Source of the DNA: Octopus sinensis
Lineage: Eukaryota
Assembly (NCBI RefSeq): GCF_006345805.1
Contig: NC_043009.1
Coordinates: 27,094,001 to 27,158,000 of the forward strand
Direction of reading: 5' to 3'
DNA: 64,000 nucleotides
Shown here piece by piece: positions 31,066 to 46,446 of the stretch (its first letter is position 1; every line of letters begins with the position of its first letter). The position numbers and the translations under genes are program-made. The notes below the pieces were generated by a model that was not told the origin of the DNA, ran no database searches, and worked only from the letters and a program-made list of their open reading frames with translations.

Positions 31066-31486
31066 CACATAGAGGGTGAAATATAATTAATTTAATAAAA
31101 TTAATAAATTTCATCTAGTAGTTTTTTCGGTATGGAAATGACCATATTTGGTAAGGATTATATTAATTATAATAAAGGGTTAATTGCAACAAGTTGCTCA
31201 AAACCACATACCGAAAATATTAGAAAATATTTCTAATATTTTCGGTATGCTGTTTTGAGCAACTTGTTGCAATTATATATATATATGTATGTATGTATGT
31301 ATGTGTGTGTGTGTGTACGTGTACATATATATATATATACGGCAAATAAGAAAACGGAGAGGATATAAAATCGACAGACATCAGCCAATAAGCATTCAAG
31401 TATGTCTATTTATTCTGTTTTCTTATTTGCCGTATAAATCATGCGTAACTCACTTTTTTACTCCCGCCCATATATAATACACACAT

Positions 31487-31520
<34 letters not shown>

Positions 31521-33146
31521 TCCTGAAGGAATGTAGATATCAACTTGCAGTCCCTCTGACCAACCTCTGGAGAAACTCGTTAGACGCAGGTTATATACCG
31601 AAAAAGTTTCTATCCCAGTCGGTCATCCCGGTTTTCAAACAGGGAAGCAGATCCCTCGCAGTCAACTATCGCCCAATCTCACTCACCTCCCACATCATTA
31701 AAGTGTTTGAAAGAGTGTTAAGATCAAGGATAGCTGACTTCCTGGAGACCCACAAACTCCTAAATTCAAATCAGCATGGCTTACGCTGTGGCAGGGACTG
31801 TCTAACACAGCTCTTACACCACATTGAAGATGTACTCAAAGCCTTGGGAACAGGTTCGAACTCTGACGTCATATACCTTGACTTCAGTAAAGCGTTCGAC
31901 AGGGTAGACCATAACATCCTACTCTCAAAATTGGCAAATGTTGGAATCCGTGGAACAGTTCTACACTGGATTCAGTATTTCCTAGCGAATAGAACACAAC
32001 ATGTTGTAGTTGATGGAGTCCACTCAAACCCAGCAAAAGTCACCAGCGGTGTTCCCCAGGGAACTGTTTTGGGTCCGCTACTCTTCATAATTTATGTAAA
32101 CGACCTTTCCAGTGTCGTACATCACTGCAAAGTGAAAATATTCGCTGATGACACTAAGCTCCAGCAAATCGTCAATGAAGAAGCAGACCGAACTCAACTC
32201 CAGTCTGACCTATATGCTGTGAGTCAATGGGCAGACAGAAACAAAATGCAACTGAATGAGGGAAAATTTGAGCTGATGCATTTTGGAAGAAATTCCTCTC
32301 TAAAACAACCATACTCTCTTCCTTCAGGGGAACCGCTCACAGCCTCTAACAATATCAGAGACCTGGGTGTAATTGTTGATGACGATCTCAGTTGGAGTGC
32401 ACACATCAACAAGAAGGTCGATACAGCTCGTAGGATGAGTTCCTGGATCTTAAGAACTTTCCGGTCCAGAGAACAAGGTATCATCATACCACTTTTTTCA
32501 TCCTTTGTACGGCCACACCTTGAATACTGCTGCCCACTGTGGTCTCCTCACACAAGACAAAACATCTCCAGAATTGAGTCACCCCAGAGGGCTCTCACTA
32601 AACAAATTGAAGGCATGGCTGCTCTCGACTATTGGGATCGCCTTAAAGCCTTGAAACTTTACTCCCTCCAGCGTCGCCGTGAGCGGTACATCATTTGTAC
32701 GATGTGGAAAATATACCGCCAACTTTGCCCAAACGACTTAAACATTAGCTTCAAAGTTCATCCGAGACTTGGACCACGGGCTATACGTCCCCTGCCAAAT
32801 TCAAGATCACAACATACATGTACACTGCAACATAATTTCTTTTCCTGAACAGGCCCTGCCCTATTTAACATTGTCCCGAGGGAGATCAAAGAGGAAAAGG
32901 ATTCCATCAACTTCAAACAGAGTCTGGATAGATTCCTTCAAAGAATACCAGATAAGCCACCCATAATTGGATACAACTCACCCAACAAGAACTCACTACT
33001 TGAACAAAACTGGATACAACTCACCCAACAAGAACTCACTACTTGAACAAAACTTGACTTAAACAGGATTCGAATAATCCTATCAGGTGGTGCTATTAAG
33101 TTAGACATGGCCTGGACCAATCTCTGGTCGAAACATATCTAAGTTT
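31521..33146 (+). mobile_element. 5'-truncated CR1-like LINE with nearly intact RT, inserted in a (TA)n tract
   Basis: Frame open from 31523 to 32848: NYRPISLTS, YLDFSKAFDRVDH, SGVPQGTVLGPLLFIIYVND, FADD, RPHLEYCCPLWSP. One premature TGA, after which the frame continues (GPALFN...PDKPPIIGYNS). 43-bp tandem duplication at 32968-33053; tail ctaagtttt x2. Absent at the orthologous site ~12530. Confidence 0.92.
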
Positions 33147-33151
33147 TCTAA

Positions 33152-33198
<47 letters not shown>

Positions 33199-35679
33199 GT
33201 ATGTATATGTATGTATATATAGTGACAATTTACAAAAAAAACAACAAAAAAAAAACAAATGATGAAGACCGGTGTGTAAACAACAAACGGATGTATTAGT
33301 TTAACGCTCTGGAAGTGACAAAGTCTTTTACGTTTCGAGCCTACGCGCTTCGACAGAAACGAACACAGAAATAAACAGGGACAGAAAATAAAAAACGTTT
33401 AGTGGCTAACGCTCTGTCATGGTGAATGATGGACAGAGGGGTCACACAGGAGATCTAGGAAGAAGGGGAGATAATAAGGAAGTATATATATATTAATACT
33501 TTTGTGTGTTTGTATGTCTTTCTGTCTGTGTTCCACACCATCGCTTGACAACCGATGTTGGTATGTTTACGTCCCCATAACTTAGTGGTTCGGTAAAAGA
33601 CACCATAGAATAAGTACTAAGCTTACAAAATATAAGTCTTGGGGTCGATTTATTCGACATAAAAGCCCTTGAACGCGGTGCTCCAGCATGACCGCAGTCA
33701 AGACTGAAACAAGTAAAAGAATAAAAATGAATAATTAATATTCAATTATATAACACTACCAAACCACATAACTCAGTAGGCTCTACTGAGACAGTCATGG
33801 TCTTGGTCAATGATGGACGAACCCTGTCTACATATTTGCCACCTATAAAACCACGCAACACATAATTTATTAAAAAAAGAAACATTCTGGGCACACGGTG
33901 ATATACTTGGCGGTACAGCAAAAACTTCTGTTCTACTGCAGGTACAATGCCCGAAATTTTTGGGGAGGGGCCAGTCGATTAGATTGACCCCTGTACGCAA
34001 TTGGTACTTAATTTATCGACCCTGAAAGGATGAAAGCTAAGGTCTACATCGGCCAAATTTGAACTCAGAACACAAAGACTGACGAAATACCTGTTTCTTT
34101 ACTACACACAGAGAGGACAAACAAGGACAGACAAACGGATTAAGTCGATTATATCGACCTCAGTGCGTAACTTGTACTTATTTAATCGACCCCGAAAGGA
34201 TGAAAGGCAAAGTCGACCTCGGCGGAATTTGAACTGAGAACGTAACGCCAGATGAAATACGGCTACGCATTTCGCCCGGCGTGCTAACGTCTCTGCCAGC
34301 ACGCCGCTTCAAAACTAGCAGAAAATTATTGAAAACATCATATCTGAAAAATATCCAAAGGAGTGAATATTTAGTGCAGATGTAACATCAAAATATATCT
34401 TTGTTACTTGTTTCAGTCATTGGATTGCAGCCATGCTGGGGCACCACTTTGGAAGGCACAATTGAACAAATTTACGCCAATACATATTTTTTTAAAGTCT
34501 GGTATTTATTATATCCGCCACTTTTGCCAAAAGAAGGTTAAAGAGAAGTAAACAAACCAATATCGGTTGGCAAACGCAAGAACACACACACAGGCTATAC
34601 ACAGTTTCCGTTTACCAAATTTGCTCACAAGTCATTGGTTTGATCGGGGCTACAGTAAAAACAAAAACACTTGCGCAAGATGCCACACTGCGTGATTCAA
34701 TCCCATTTGGGTGCATAGCGAGCGTCTTGGCGACACACCCATGTCGACAAAAATTTTCCACATTTTGTAAATCAGTAGAGTTTCAATAAATTACTGATGT
34801 GCTTAATATTCGTTTTGAAATTTGGCACTAGGCTAATAATTTTAGGGGAGGGTTAAGTCGATTGCATCGAACCCCAGTATTCAACCGGTACTTATTTTAT
34901 CGATCCAGAAGGGATGAAAGGCACAGTTAACCTCAGCGGAATTTGAACTCAGTACGTAAACACGGACAAAATACTCCCTTAACTAGTGTTCATAATATTG
35001 TTAAAGCAACATACCTTAGTGATCATAACATTGACAACATGAACCATAATTTCATATAAGCTGTAAACCTACCTGTATTTACGGCAATCTTTTCTCAAAC
35101 CACAAATTATTTTTTTGTGTGCTTATATACGTGAACGCGTTTGTGTGCGTTTGTATGTGCATGTAAGTGAGAGAAGAAGAAGGAGAAAGAGAGAGGGAAA
35201 GGGCGAAAGAGAGAGAGAGAATGTATGAAGAAAGAAATGTATTTGTGAAAATGCGTTTGTAGGGACAGTTCTCAAAGAAAACCGTAAATATTTGTTTTCA
35301 TATCAAAATAAAACAAAGAAGCACAAGACTATCCAAGACAAAGTAATGATATTTGTTAATCCTGCCCCGCTCGGCTTTGCTCCACTACTTAACAAATTCG
35401 CGCATATATTAAAGTTTAGTGGGCCAGTAAATGTTTACCACTCTTCTTTTTACCATTTGACCTCATTGTTTCGTATTAAATGTCAAATTTGACAGTGTAG
35501 AAATGTAAAGGAGTAAAGTATTCCATATCTAGTTGTAGCAAGAAAGCGTATAACTTGTCATTTGATATATTCATTTAACAAACTTATCAATGTTATAGTC
35601 TTCTTAAGGTTAAATAGAAATTCAGTGAAGCTGAAATTAAGCAAACAGTTATATATATATATATCTGACAGACATATTC

Positions 35680-38090
35680 TCGACCCAATATTCCTGATTA
35701 ATTGATTGATCAGGTAACTCCTCCATAGATTCCTCTCAGAATTAAACGTCAATACACTTTCTGGTTGGGTTCCTAAGTTTGATCAAATGTGGATGTGGAT
35801 ATTATGTACAACCTTCTCATTCTTGGTCGACCAATAAGTCTCCTGCTTGTTTTGTCGTCTTGAGGAATCAGTTTCGCAATTCTTTTCTGAGGCGTGCTAA
35901 TCACATGTCCAGAGTATCGTAGTTCTCAATAAGAGAACATAGCGACTTAAAACGCAGAGAATTCCTGATTTCTGAGTTACATGTCTTGTCAAGTAACGTT
36001 ACATCAATGATTCTTCGGCGAACCCCCATTTTGATGTGGGTCCCGCATATCTATCTCTTTTGTGCTTCAGGTACTGGGTTGATATTTCCTGTTCCTGTAT
36101 TGCAAACGCGTACCCTTCAAAGTGGGAGTTAGTAATTTGGCTATTGGTCCATGATAAACTGCTTTGATGATCGATGTTACTATCAGCACGGAGCTTTCAA
36201 CTAACATATCCATGCATAGTCTTCTGTTCATATAGGCTCATCCTTTCATGGGATGATACGTTGCGGTAGAGTTGTGCAACTTCTTTGGGCATGTGGTCTA
36301 GTTTATCAGATAAAGAATGTTGCTGAAGGGGCTGCCTTTTAAGTCTTATGATGTTATCAGCCTCATGTATGCAAACTTGGTCAAGAGATGCACTTGGTGG
36401 TTAAAATATGTTGCCGGAGGGATATGATGCGACATTCAAAGGCATTTTGGATCGATGTTAAGCCTCTGCCGCCTTGTTTACGTTTTTGGTAAACGCGGTC
36501 TACATCACTGTTTATGTAGAAATTATGTGTGCTTGTTAGTATTTTTCAGGTTTTCACATCAATGGCTCGTATCTCATCAAGCGTCCAATCAAGCAGCCCA
36601 AATGTTGGTATGAGTACGAGCACTACATTGTGGGTCACTGTTTTATTGAATCCTGAGAGCTTTGAGGTCCAAAGTTTCTTTATTCGGTTGTAATATTCTT
36701 TAGAGACACGTGCTTTGCTACAGGTGTCATTGTATGATATATTTTCATCCACCCCTAGATAGCTGTAACATTCCTCGTCAGATACAGAGGAAACAGTCAA
36801 ATCATTGATGGAGATGTTACTTGTCTGGTTTATAATCTTCCCCCTTTCAACAACCACATAACAACATTTATCCTGACCAAACTCCAACATCATTTAAGAT
36901 TGTTGTAACTAGGTCAAGGCTCTTTTTAATCTCCTGCATATTCTTTGCATAAAGTTTTACGTCATCCACAAAAAATAGTGTGTAATTTGGTATCCAAGTG
37001 AACCAGTGAGATATCCTTCAAGTTCCTTAATATGAATGACAAGGGGTTTACAGAAAGTATAAACAACATCACAAAGAGGCTGTCCCCTTGGACTATGCCT
37101 TTGTGATATTGTATCCTGTTGGTGATAACACAATCGTTACTCTTTGTGTTTAATTTCAAGATGATGGCCCACGATGAAGTCAGGTCAGCTATGGCTTTGA
37201 CTATTCTCACTGGAACTTTAGTAAGTTGAAGGGCTTCTAGCACCCATGAGTGGGGAACATAGCCAAAGGCTTTCTTGTAATCTAACCACATTGAAACTTG
37301 GTTCTTCTTATGCTCCCGCACCTCTAACATCACAGTTTTGTTGATTAGCAATTGCTCGGCACATCCCCAGACTCCCTTTTCTCCAGCTGCATGTTCTGCT
37401 GTGATAATATTATTGGTTTCACAATGGTCTTGGAGGAAGGGGTTTAAACATGATATGTATATCTTATACATTAAGTTCTGGTATGCAATTGTCTAGTAGT
37501 TTGTTTGTCATGTGCGTGATTCTGTATTTGAGGATCAATTTTGTCTCTACCAGAGCTAACCAGTGTGGTATGCTACGGTTCCCAATGAAAGCTTAGTGAT
37601 ACAGATTGATAAGATATGATCGGTAGAATGTTAGCTTCTTGTACCAATATCCAACAATCAAGTCTCTCCAGGTGCTTTTCCATCCTGGAGTTTCTGGATC
37701 ACAGTTGCAAGAGCTTCACCATCAATGTTGTATGTCTTGGATGTAACGCACAGCAATAACTCTTCCGAATTCTTTGAAGTCACAGAGCATCTTGGTTAAA
37801 TTCCTTCACTTCCCTCTAGATTTTCCCCAGAAGGAGTCTATGTCTTCTCGTGAAGGAGCTTCCATGATATTTATTGCTCCTCCTCTCATGTCTCTGTATA
37901 CTTATGCCTGGTTGCGGTTAATTTTTTTGTTTATTTTTCTTCCCTCGGTTATTCTCTTCAGATATCGGAGTTTTTCACTGACAGCTTTTAGCTCCTGCTT
38001 TAGGGTAATCAGTTTGCAAGTGAGTGTCCCCTTTTTGCTGTCACCAAACATCATTTCTATCTCCTTCTTTACTTTCTGTTGGTGGGACGT
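35680..38090 (-). mobile_element. Duplicate of the decayed R4/Dong-like element
   Basis: ORF pieces at 36546-36893 and 36962-37471 are nearly identical to 15948-16295 and 16364-16876. Confidence 0.8.
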
Positions 38091-38102
38091 ATAATAATAA
38101 TG

Positions 38103-38188
<86 letters not shown>

Positions 38189-38195
38189 AATAATC

Positions 38196-38244
<49 letters not shown>

Positions 38245-39288
38245 TAATATTCCTTTCTTTATTAGCCACACAAGCCGTCAAAAATCAGATTGGACGCTAC
38301 AAAGCATGACGGACAAAATAGGGTTACATAAAGTGTCATGTAAAATGTGAAGAACAATAAAAAGTATAACAAAGAAATGGCTAAAAGCGGCAAGCAACGT
38401 TCACCACATTCTCTCACCTTTTAACAAAATTGCTGGAAGTCAGCACTTCTCTCTCAACCCCCACTTTCCTAAAAGTTGATGAGGGATAGGCCAAAGAGAA
38501 AAAGTATTTCTCTTCAGTTCTTTCAGTCTAGACCACCACACAACCTCTTTCGCTACAGCCACGAGACAGATGGAAACTGTTTTCCCTTTCTGGCTTAAGG
38601 AAGGCGGAGGAGAAATCTACATAATAGAATCAGCCGACAGGCGGCCATGTTTTACACCTGACAGCAGGTATTGTATGTTTTACTGGTTGATTAAATAGCA
38701 AAAGATTCATCCTTACACGGAAAAAAGAATATAAAGAATATAAAGAATATAAAAATAAAGAATAAAAATATTATATATATATATGTTAAGAATGCAAAAC
38801 CACGTGTGAAGAAGAAGAAGAAGAAGAAGAAGAAGAAGAAGAAGAAGAGCAGAAAAAGAAGAAGAAAAGAAGAAGTAGAAGAAGGAGGAGGAGGAGAACA
38901 AGAAGAAGAAGAAAAAGAAGTAGAAGAAGAAGAAGAAGAAGAAGAAGAAGAAGAAGAAGAAAGAAGAAGAAGAAGAAGAAGCAGCAGCAGCAGCAGCAAC
39001 AACAACAGCAAAACAAGAAAGAGGGCGAAGAAATGGAAGGAGTAGAACAGAAAAAAGAAAAAGTAAATGAAATCAAGAGAAAATATAAATATCTGAAATG
39101 TAAAATAAAAAAAGTAAAAAATAAGATTAATAGTAATTGGGAACAGTGGGGAGAAGATTTGAGTTTATCAAAAATACCCAAATGGAAGATTCAGGAATGG
39201 TCACTATTCTTGTGTTCTTCTCAAAAGTTGACCTGGGTTACGAGGTCACCTCTTCAGTTCTCATAGGTAGGATGGTATATATACACAT

Positions 39289-39331
<43 letters not shown>

Positions 39332-39456
39332 CACACACATATATATATATATATACATATGCACATATACAAATACACATATACATATATCACTATGCAT
39401 ATATAGTGATATATAAAAAAATATAGCGGCGTACGTACACTTTGGTCTCTTATATG

Positions 39457-39500
<44 letters not shown>

Positions 39501-40410
39501 ATAAATGGTAAAATTAATTAATTAATTAGTAATTAATAATTCCACCAAGTAGTGTTCAGCATGTTAAAAGGACCATTTTCCGTAAACTTAAACATTACTT
39601 TTTATAATTATGAGTATAATTATAATTAGGGTTCAGCAAAAAGAATTTGCTTTGCCACATACCGAACTTTTAGAAATAGCAGCCAAAGAACTTAGCTGAA
39701 CCCTAATTGTAATTATAATTATACTCATAATTATAAAAATTAATGTTTATATATATATATATATATATATATGCATGTATTTGTGTATGTATGTGTATAT
39801 ATGGATATGTATCTGTGTATGTGCATATATGCATATTTGTATATATGTATGTATGAGAGTGTGTATATGTATGTATATGTGTGTGTGAATACGTGTATGT
39901 ATGCATATGTGTGTGTATATGCACATATAGGTATATATATATATATGTGTGTATGTGTATATGCGTATGTATATATACACCATCCTACCTGTGAGAACTG
40001 AAGAGGTGACCTCGTAACCCAGGTCAACTTTTGACAAGAACACAAGAATAGTGACCATTCCTGAATTTTCCATTTGGTTATTCTTGATAAACTCAAATCT
40101 TCTCCCCACTGTTCCCAATTACTATTAATCTTATTTTTTATTTTTATTTCTTATTTAATATATTTATATTTTCGCTTGATTTAATTACTTTCTTCATTAC
40201 TTTTTTTCTTTTTTCTCTTCTTCTCCTTCCCCTTCTTCGCCTTCTTTCTTCCTTCATTTTGCTGCTGCTGTTGTTGTTGTTGTTGTTGTTGTTCTTCTTC
40301 TTCTTCTTCTTCTTCTTCGTCTTCTTCTTCTTCTTCTTCTTCTTCTTCTTCTTCTTCTTTTTCTTCTTCTTCACACATGCTACTTCTGCACATGGCTGGG
40401 TTACGCTACA

Positions 40411-42361
40411 TCAAGTCTTCAATTTGTTCAAATCTTCAAAGGTTTGAGGTAAGCCTTTATCTTTTGTTTCAGGCAGTAAGAGCAAAGACATGCCGGATAT
40501 AACAGAAAGGGCGCCATAGATACTTAGAGGAAGCCATTTGACATAGGATGAGAGCAGAAGTATAAAGGGTGCGCATATTCCACCGATCCGGGCACACACT
40601 GACGCCACACCTAAACCGTTTGTTCTGAAAGCAAAAATAATGTAGGTTAGTATGTACATATTTCCAGTGGGTTTCAATAATCTTTTATTTGCTTTAATAA
40701 TTAGATTATACAAATAGAAATGCAGTTAAACATGAAGTTTTGATGAGTTTAAGCCTGTAGCATTGAGATATTATTGAAAATATATATTGTCTATCGTCTC
40801 TTTTGCAAAGAATTAAAGTTTTATTATTCAGTCACACTTAAGTACATAGGTATATACGTGATATAGTGAAATTAGGAATAATGGTGAGAAGAGCAAATCA
40901 TAGTCATATAGTTTGTGTAACAAAACAAACAGCGACATGATATGTTGTCCAAATTACGCGATGATATGATTTAGTCTATTAATTTAATTCAAAATGTCGT
41001 GAAGTGATGTGTTTTGGTAAATTCATGGTGAGATAAGCAAAAAATATAAAGTAACTTTTTAAAATGGCGAATTCATGGTGAGAGAAGCAAAAAATATAAA
41101 GTAACTTTTTAAAATGGCGAATTCATGGTGAGAGGATGAACCAATAACAGTTAATGCATCTGGTAGAGACACTGAACACAGTTGGATCATATGTAGCTAA
41201 GAGATCGCTATGAAACTTACCTAACAATTGTTGGAAATATTTCTGCCGATAAAAGATAAATTGCGGCAAACGCTGCAGAGATGCACAACTTTCCCAGAAC
41301 AACCAGAATCAGAGGAAACCAGAATGAACCTATAATACAATAACAAACCTTAGATAATACAACATATCCCTCATAACATTAAATTCCATTCAACACCTAT
41401 CATTCCTTTTTTGATACAGAGTCCCACTGTTTAGTTATATTTATTATTATAAATATACATCTTAAGGCACATAATTATAGTGTGTAAGGCAAATATGATT
41501 TTCTTTATAAACAAAAAATTTAAAAACATTGATGTCTTACGTATCATGAACTGCAATATTAACTTTTGGATTCTCTCTATTAAATCTAGAATTCTCTAGA
41601 TTAAACGAAGTGCTGGATCATAAGTTATTAAAGTGAAAGTTATTTTGAGCCATTCATTATCCAGGATTTAACGCACAAATTATACAGAACTCAAAGTTTG
41701 GATAGTTTCAATAAATATTTACTAAATATTTCATGTCAATAAATATTTACTAAAAGTAGTTTATTAAAACTAACAGAGATATAATTGTTGAGCAAATGAA
41801 TTCACCAAAGATAAAACAGACAAAATGTCGAATCTAAATAATGTAACGTGAGAAAGTAATTCTATCATGGATTTATTGATTGTACAATAAACTGAGCGTA
41901 CAATCTCATGGTATATTAAAATCCAGAAAGAATATGGTGAGTACGTTCTGTTATTGGGTACGCAACGTTCGTATCTGTGATATACTTTACCTTCGGTTAC
42001 AAAATTTGATACAATGTAATTTAATCCACTTAATATCATAAGGAGACAAATAGGCTTGCGATGATAAAAACGTTTAAACAAATAATAAGAAAGTAAGAAG
42101 CTGGGGAATTCCACAATTTGCATCAAAAGGACATTTATGTAGCGGTTTCCAGCCATATCAACGGAATTAAGGAGTACACCGTAGTATAACATACTGCAGA
42201 CCATCCTGTGAATGAATAAGTTAACATCATATGACTAAATGTGTTGTTTTTATTAGTATTACAAATGAAAGGTTTATATTAAAAATATGATATAATGTAT
42301 CAAACATTTCTGTCAAACACAAATATGTCATACAATACGCGTACTCTCTCTCTTTCTCTCT

Positions 42362-42403
<42 letters not shown>

Positions 42404-43340
42404 ACATACAGAGACACACACACACACACACACAGTAAATTATAACTTTAACAGATGTTCACCGAATCTTAATCTCAACAAAATACTACAATGGTTTATC
42501 GATATCAAAATGAAAACCGAATAATAAGAATGATTTGTAGGGAACATGTTTGTACATTACTTAAATACATTACGCTCCTGTCGATAATCCACGAACCGTC
42601 AATTATTGCTGATTGTATGTCTTACAGGATTTTTAACACGTCAAATGTAGGTTGCATCTACCCGACTGGTGGTGAGGTGAGTAAGTATTCCTTCATTCAT
42701 ATTGCATTATGCCCGTCTAAATAACACTTATCCCTTAGTGATAGATCCCGTTTACCAGTACATAATTACTTTGAAACGCCTTAATCACTGAATGTCCAAT
42801 ACCTTTAATATCTGCATTCTTAGAATAAGGTACAGTGTATATAATAACATTTATTTCTACAATGCTATTCTTCTAACAAAAGACTTTCGATCCGAGATAA
42901 TCCTCAGTTCATCAATTATATTTATTGAAAAGAAGAAAGTGATAAAAAAGATTTTTAAAGAAATATTTACCAGCAGAAGCAAATATCAAGTGTGATTAAT
43001 GCAATCCGCCATGTTTTAAATAGATCAATAAAAGTATAATTCTTTACTTCGGGTAAATCTTTTCCCTCGGATATAATTTCTTGGAAACTATTCTTGAATA
43101 AAGTCTCCTCTTCGTTATTTGTAAAAATATCTAACATCTCCAGGTGTTCTTTTTTATTTTTCTTCATTATTTTTCGAAAAAGTGCTTTTACTTCTGTAAA
43201 CCTTTTTCTGCCAATCAGCCATCGTGGAGATTCATGGAGAAACCTGAAGGTGTTCGATAAAAAGAGGCATGAAAAATAATATTGGCAGTCAGGTATCGAT
43301 GTAGGTGATTTTGTAAACAGGAATAATTTGAACACACACA

Positions 43341-43400
<60 letters not shown>

Positions 43401-46037
43401 GGTACGTGCAGGAAAAACATGATCTCATGGTTTTATTAACTGAGACTATGTGAATTACACACTGAGGGCGATAATTCACAACGAAACATATTTTTCCTTA
43501 AAAGAAGAAACCTATTAAATTTGCTTGCAAATGTCACGCTTATTAATAAAAACTAGTTCAGTTTTCTATGTCATGTTTGTCTTTTACGAGCTTCTTTGTA
43601 AGGACAGGACATCAATTCGGGTGTGTACTATGACCAACGGGACAAATTTAACGCAGCGATCGATCAGAAATGCCCAGCATCTGCTAATAATCTTTCTTTA
43701 CGATAATGCCAGATCGTCGATTTCTCTGCAAATGCGGCAGAAGTTACTGTGACTTAACTGGATAGTTTCACCGCACCCCTGTATCTACCCGACCTTGCAC
43801 TTTCAGATTTCTACCTTTTTTTGATCTCTTCAAAATTCATTGAATGAACAGAACTATTGTTGATAAAATAGCATCCACTATCCATTGATAAAATACATTT
43901 ATTGTAAACATAGACATGCATATCGAACAAATGAAAGGAGGAACATGAAATAAGAAAATATATTAAAATATAGGAAATAGTTTATGTAGAAATGAAACGA
44001 AAACGGATCCCAGTTTTATTCTTAATATTTGGTTTTTATTCTAGCAGGCAGATGTGAGTTGATGGAAAATAACGAAAACATCTTTGCATAAAATTAGAAC
44101 TATGGACAATAAAAATTTTCTAAACAAAAATATACTTTACTCACATCCAAATGAAAAAATTGGTTATAGGCAGGAGGCAAATTATCAATTCTAAATAATG
44201 CCAGTCGGATATAACATAGGCAAACACTGTTACAAATATTATTCCTGACGAATATAGAGACGCGTACCAAAAACTAATAAGGGTACGTAGTTTTGAAGGC
44301 GCAGATTCCACAGCTGAAAAGTTAAGGAAATACATAAATATAGTTTGAATAATGTTTTAACAGTAAATTTAAAATATGTATTAATATATATGATAAAACA
44401 ATAACTGCATGGAGACGTTCAAATGTTCACGTACTGTAACAGTACATTAACATGAAAACTGAATGTAGTGTAATGAGAGTAAGTTATTCTGATAAAACCT
44501 GTAGCTTTCTAAATGAGCAAATATGGGAATAAGGCAAGTCAGTTCAGTACTATATTAATTAAACTGTGGTTTCCTTTAGGACAAAATATAGCTGGGGATT
44601 TCCAGAATACCGACGTCCTGAAGAGGGAGGATTAGGTATGTGCACAATACGGCAGTGAAAGAAGAAAAATTGGTGAGTTGGTACTGTTTGACTGTAAGGG
44701 GTACGACACAGACCATTTGTGATAAGAAGAATCCATTGAAGGGGCAGTAAATAATGCAGGAAATGAAAACAGTTATCTTTGTCTAGAGTTATTGACATAG
44801 ACTTCAGGTCAGACATTTGGATGGCCGTTTTTGGATGCAGTTTAGGATGTTTGTATGTCTTGTAGTAGCATCATCCCAGACATACACCATTATGAGTTCG
44901 TGGAAGGATCGTTGTTGTTGGAACTTAAAATATTCCAAGCGCTGAAGAGTAAGGTCAGTCTTTGGGCTGCTTCTCAGTTGAGAGTGTTCGTTCTTCCACA
45001 GTAATCCTCAGTGATGTGTAATACATATAGAATTCTACGTGTGCCTATATGTGTGATACATATAGAATTTAAGGAGATTCAGAAATATTATTTTAAGTGG
45101 ATGAATTGACTGATGCAAACAGATGGAGCTTACTGCACCATTGGACTGCGATATCCACTGTATTACAGAAGACTATAGGATTTGTAAAGTGTGCGCAATA
45201 TGGGTACCTTGGCAGCTGAAACTCAATTTGGAAGTAAAGAAAGGTGGAAGTCAGCTCTGGTCTGCTTTAAGCGCTTGAAACCAACGAAGACAATTCGTAT
45301 GTGGGGACAAGGGAAGAATCGTGAGCGTATCTTTATAATCTGGAAACGAATGTGCTATAACGTAAGGCGAACAATGATATTGTGCTCAGCTAATAACTTT
45401 ATAAACGAACGAAGAAAACATTCTAAAGTGAATTGCAAAATGGCAAACTGTAATTTGGGTTTTCCACGATGCAAAATGAACCGTGTGTACCATAGTAAGC
45501 GTGCAAAGGTGAAAAAGAATAAATCCACAACAATGAGTTGATGTATATCTAATGCCACTTGATAAAGTCCTTAAAGTGTCCCCTCAGACGAATTGACGTA
45601 AGCTTAAATAATAAACGATGTGGGAGTGAAAAACATCACATGAGAGAATCGTGTGCGCTGATTGGATGATATTTGATAAACAATGTTATGTGTCGAGACA
45701 ACTGGAGTTGCTCAGAAAGCTCAGTCCACGAAATGGTGTCACATCTGTTCTCCAAGCCACAAGAGGTTTAAGAGCCAACAGCCTGCACAGAAGGTTAAAG
45801 TGTCTATATTTTAGGATGATATTGACGTGGTTGAACCCAATTTTCGAATCCCACTTAAAAAGATGCAGATGTATACAACTGTAGTCACTTCTTCACAGCC
45901 ACTTTCACCAAGTCTTTGTCATTGTAAGAACTCAGTCCGCTCCACCTTTAGTTTTCGCCAAGATTGACAATAAATAGGGATATACTTGTACATGCATAGT
46001 CATATACATACATACATACATACATACATACATACAT

Positions 46038-46074
<37 letters not shown>

Positions 46075-46078
46075 TGTA

Positions 46079-46114
<36 letters not shown>

Positions 46115-46181
46115 TGTATGTATGTATGTATGTTTGTATGTATGTATGTATGTATGTATCTATCTATCTATCAATCAATCA

Positions 46182-46274
<93 letters not shown>

Positions 46275-46406
46275 AATAAATAAACACGCTCTCAACTTGG
46301 ATGGTACTGCTTCTTTTAGCAGAAACAGTTGTAAGCAAAAGAAGTTGATTACATTATTCCTGTCTCATTAATATATTAATACATGGATATACAGATACAA
46401 ACACAT

Positions 46407-46446
<40 letters not shown>

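Noticed and set aside
40405-40413. Programmed UGA readthrough in gene C
   Set aside because: The context is TGA-TGT, not the TGA-CTAG motif; the open downstream frame is explained by purine-rich trinucleotide repeats.
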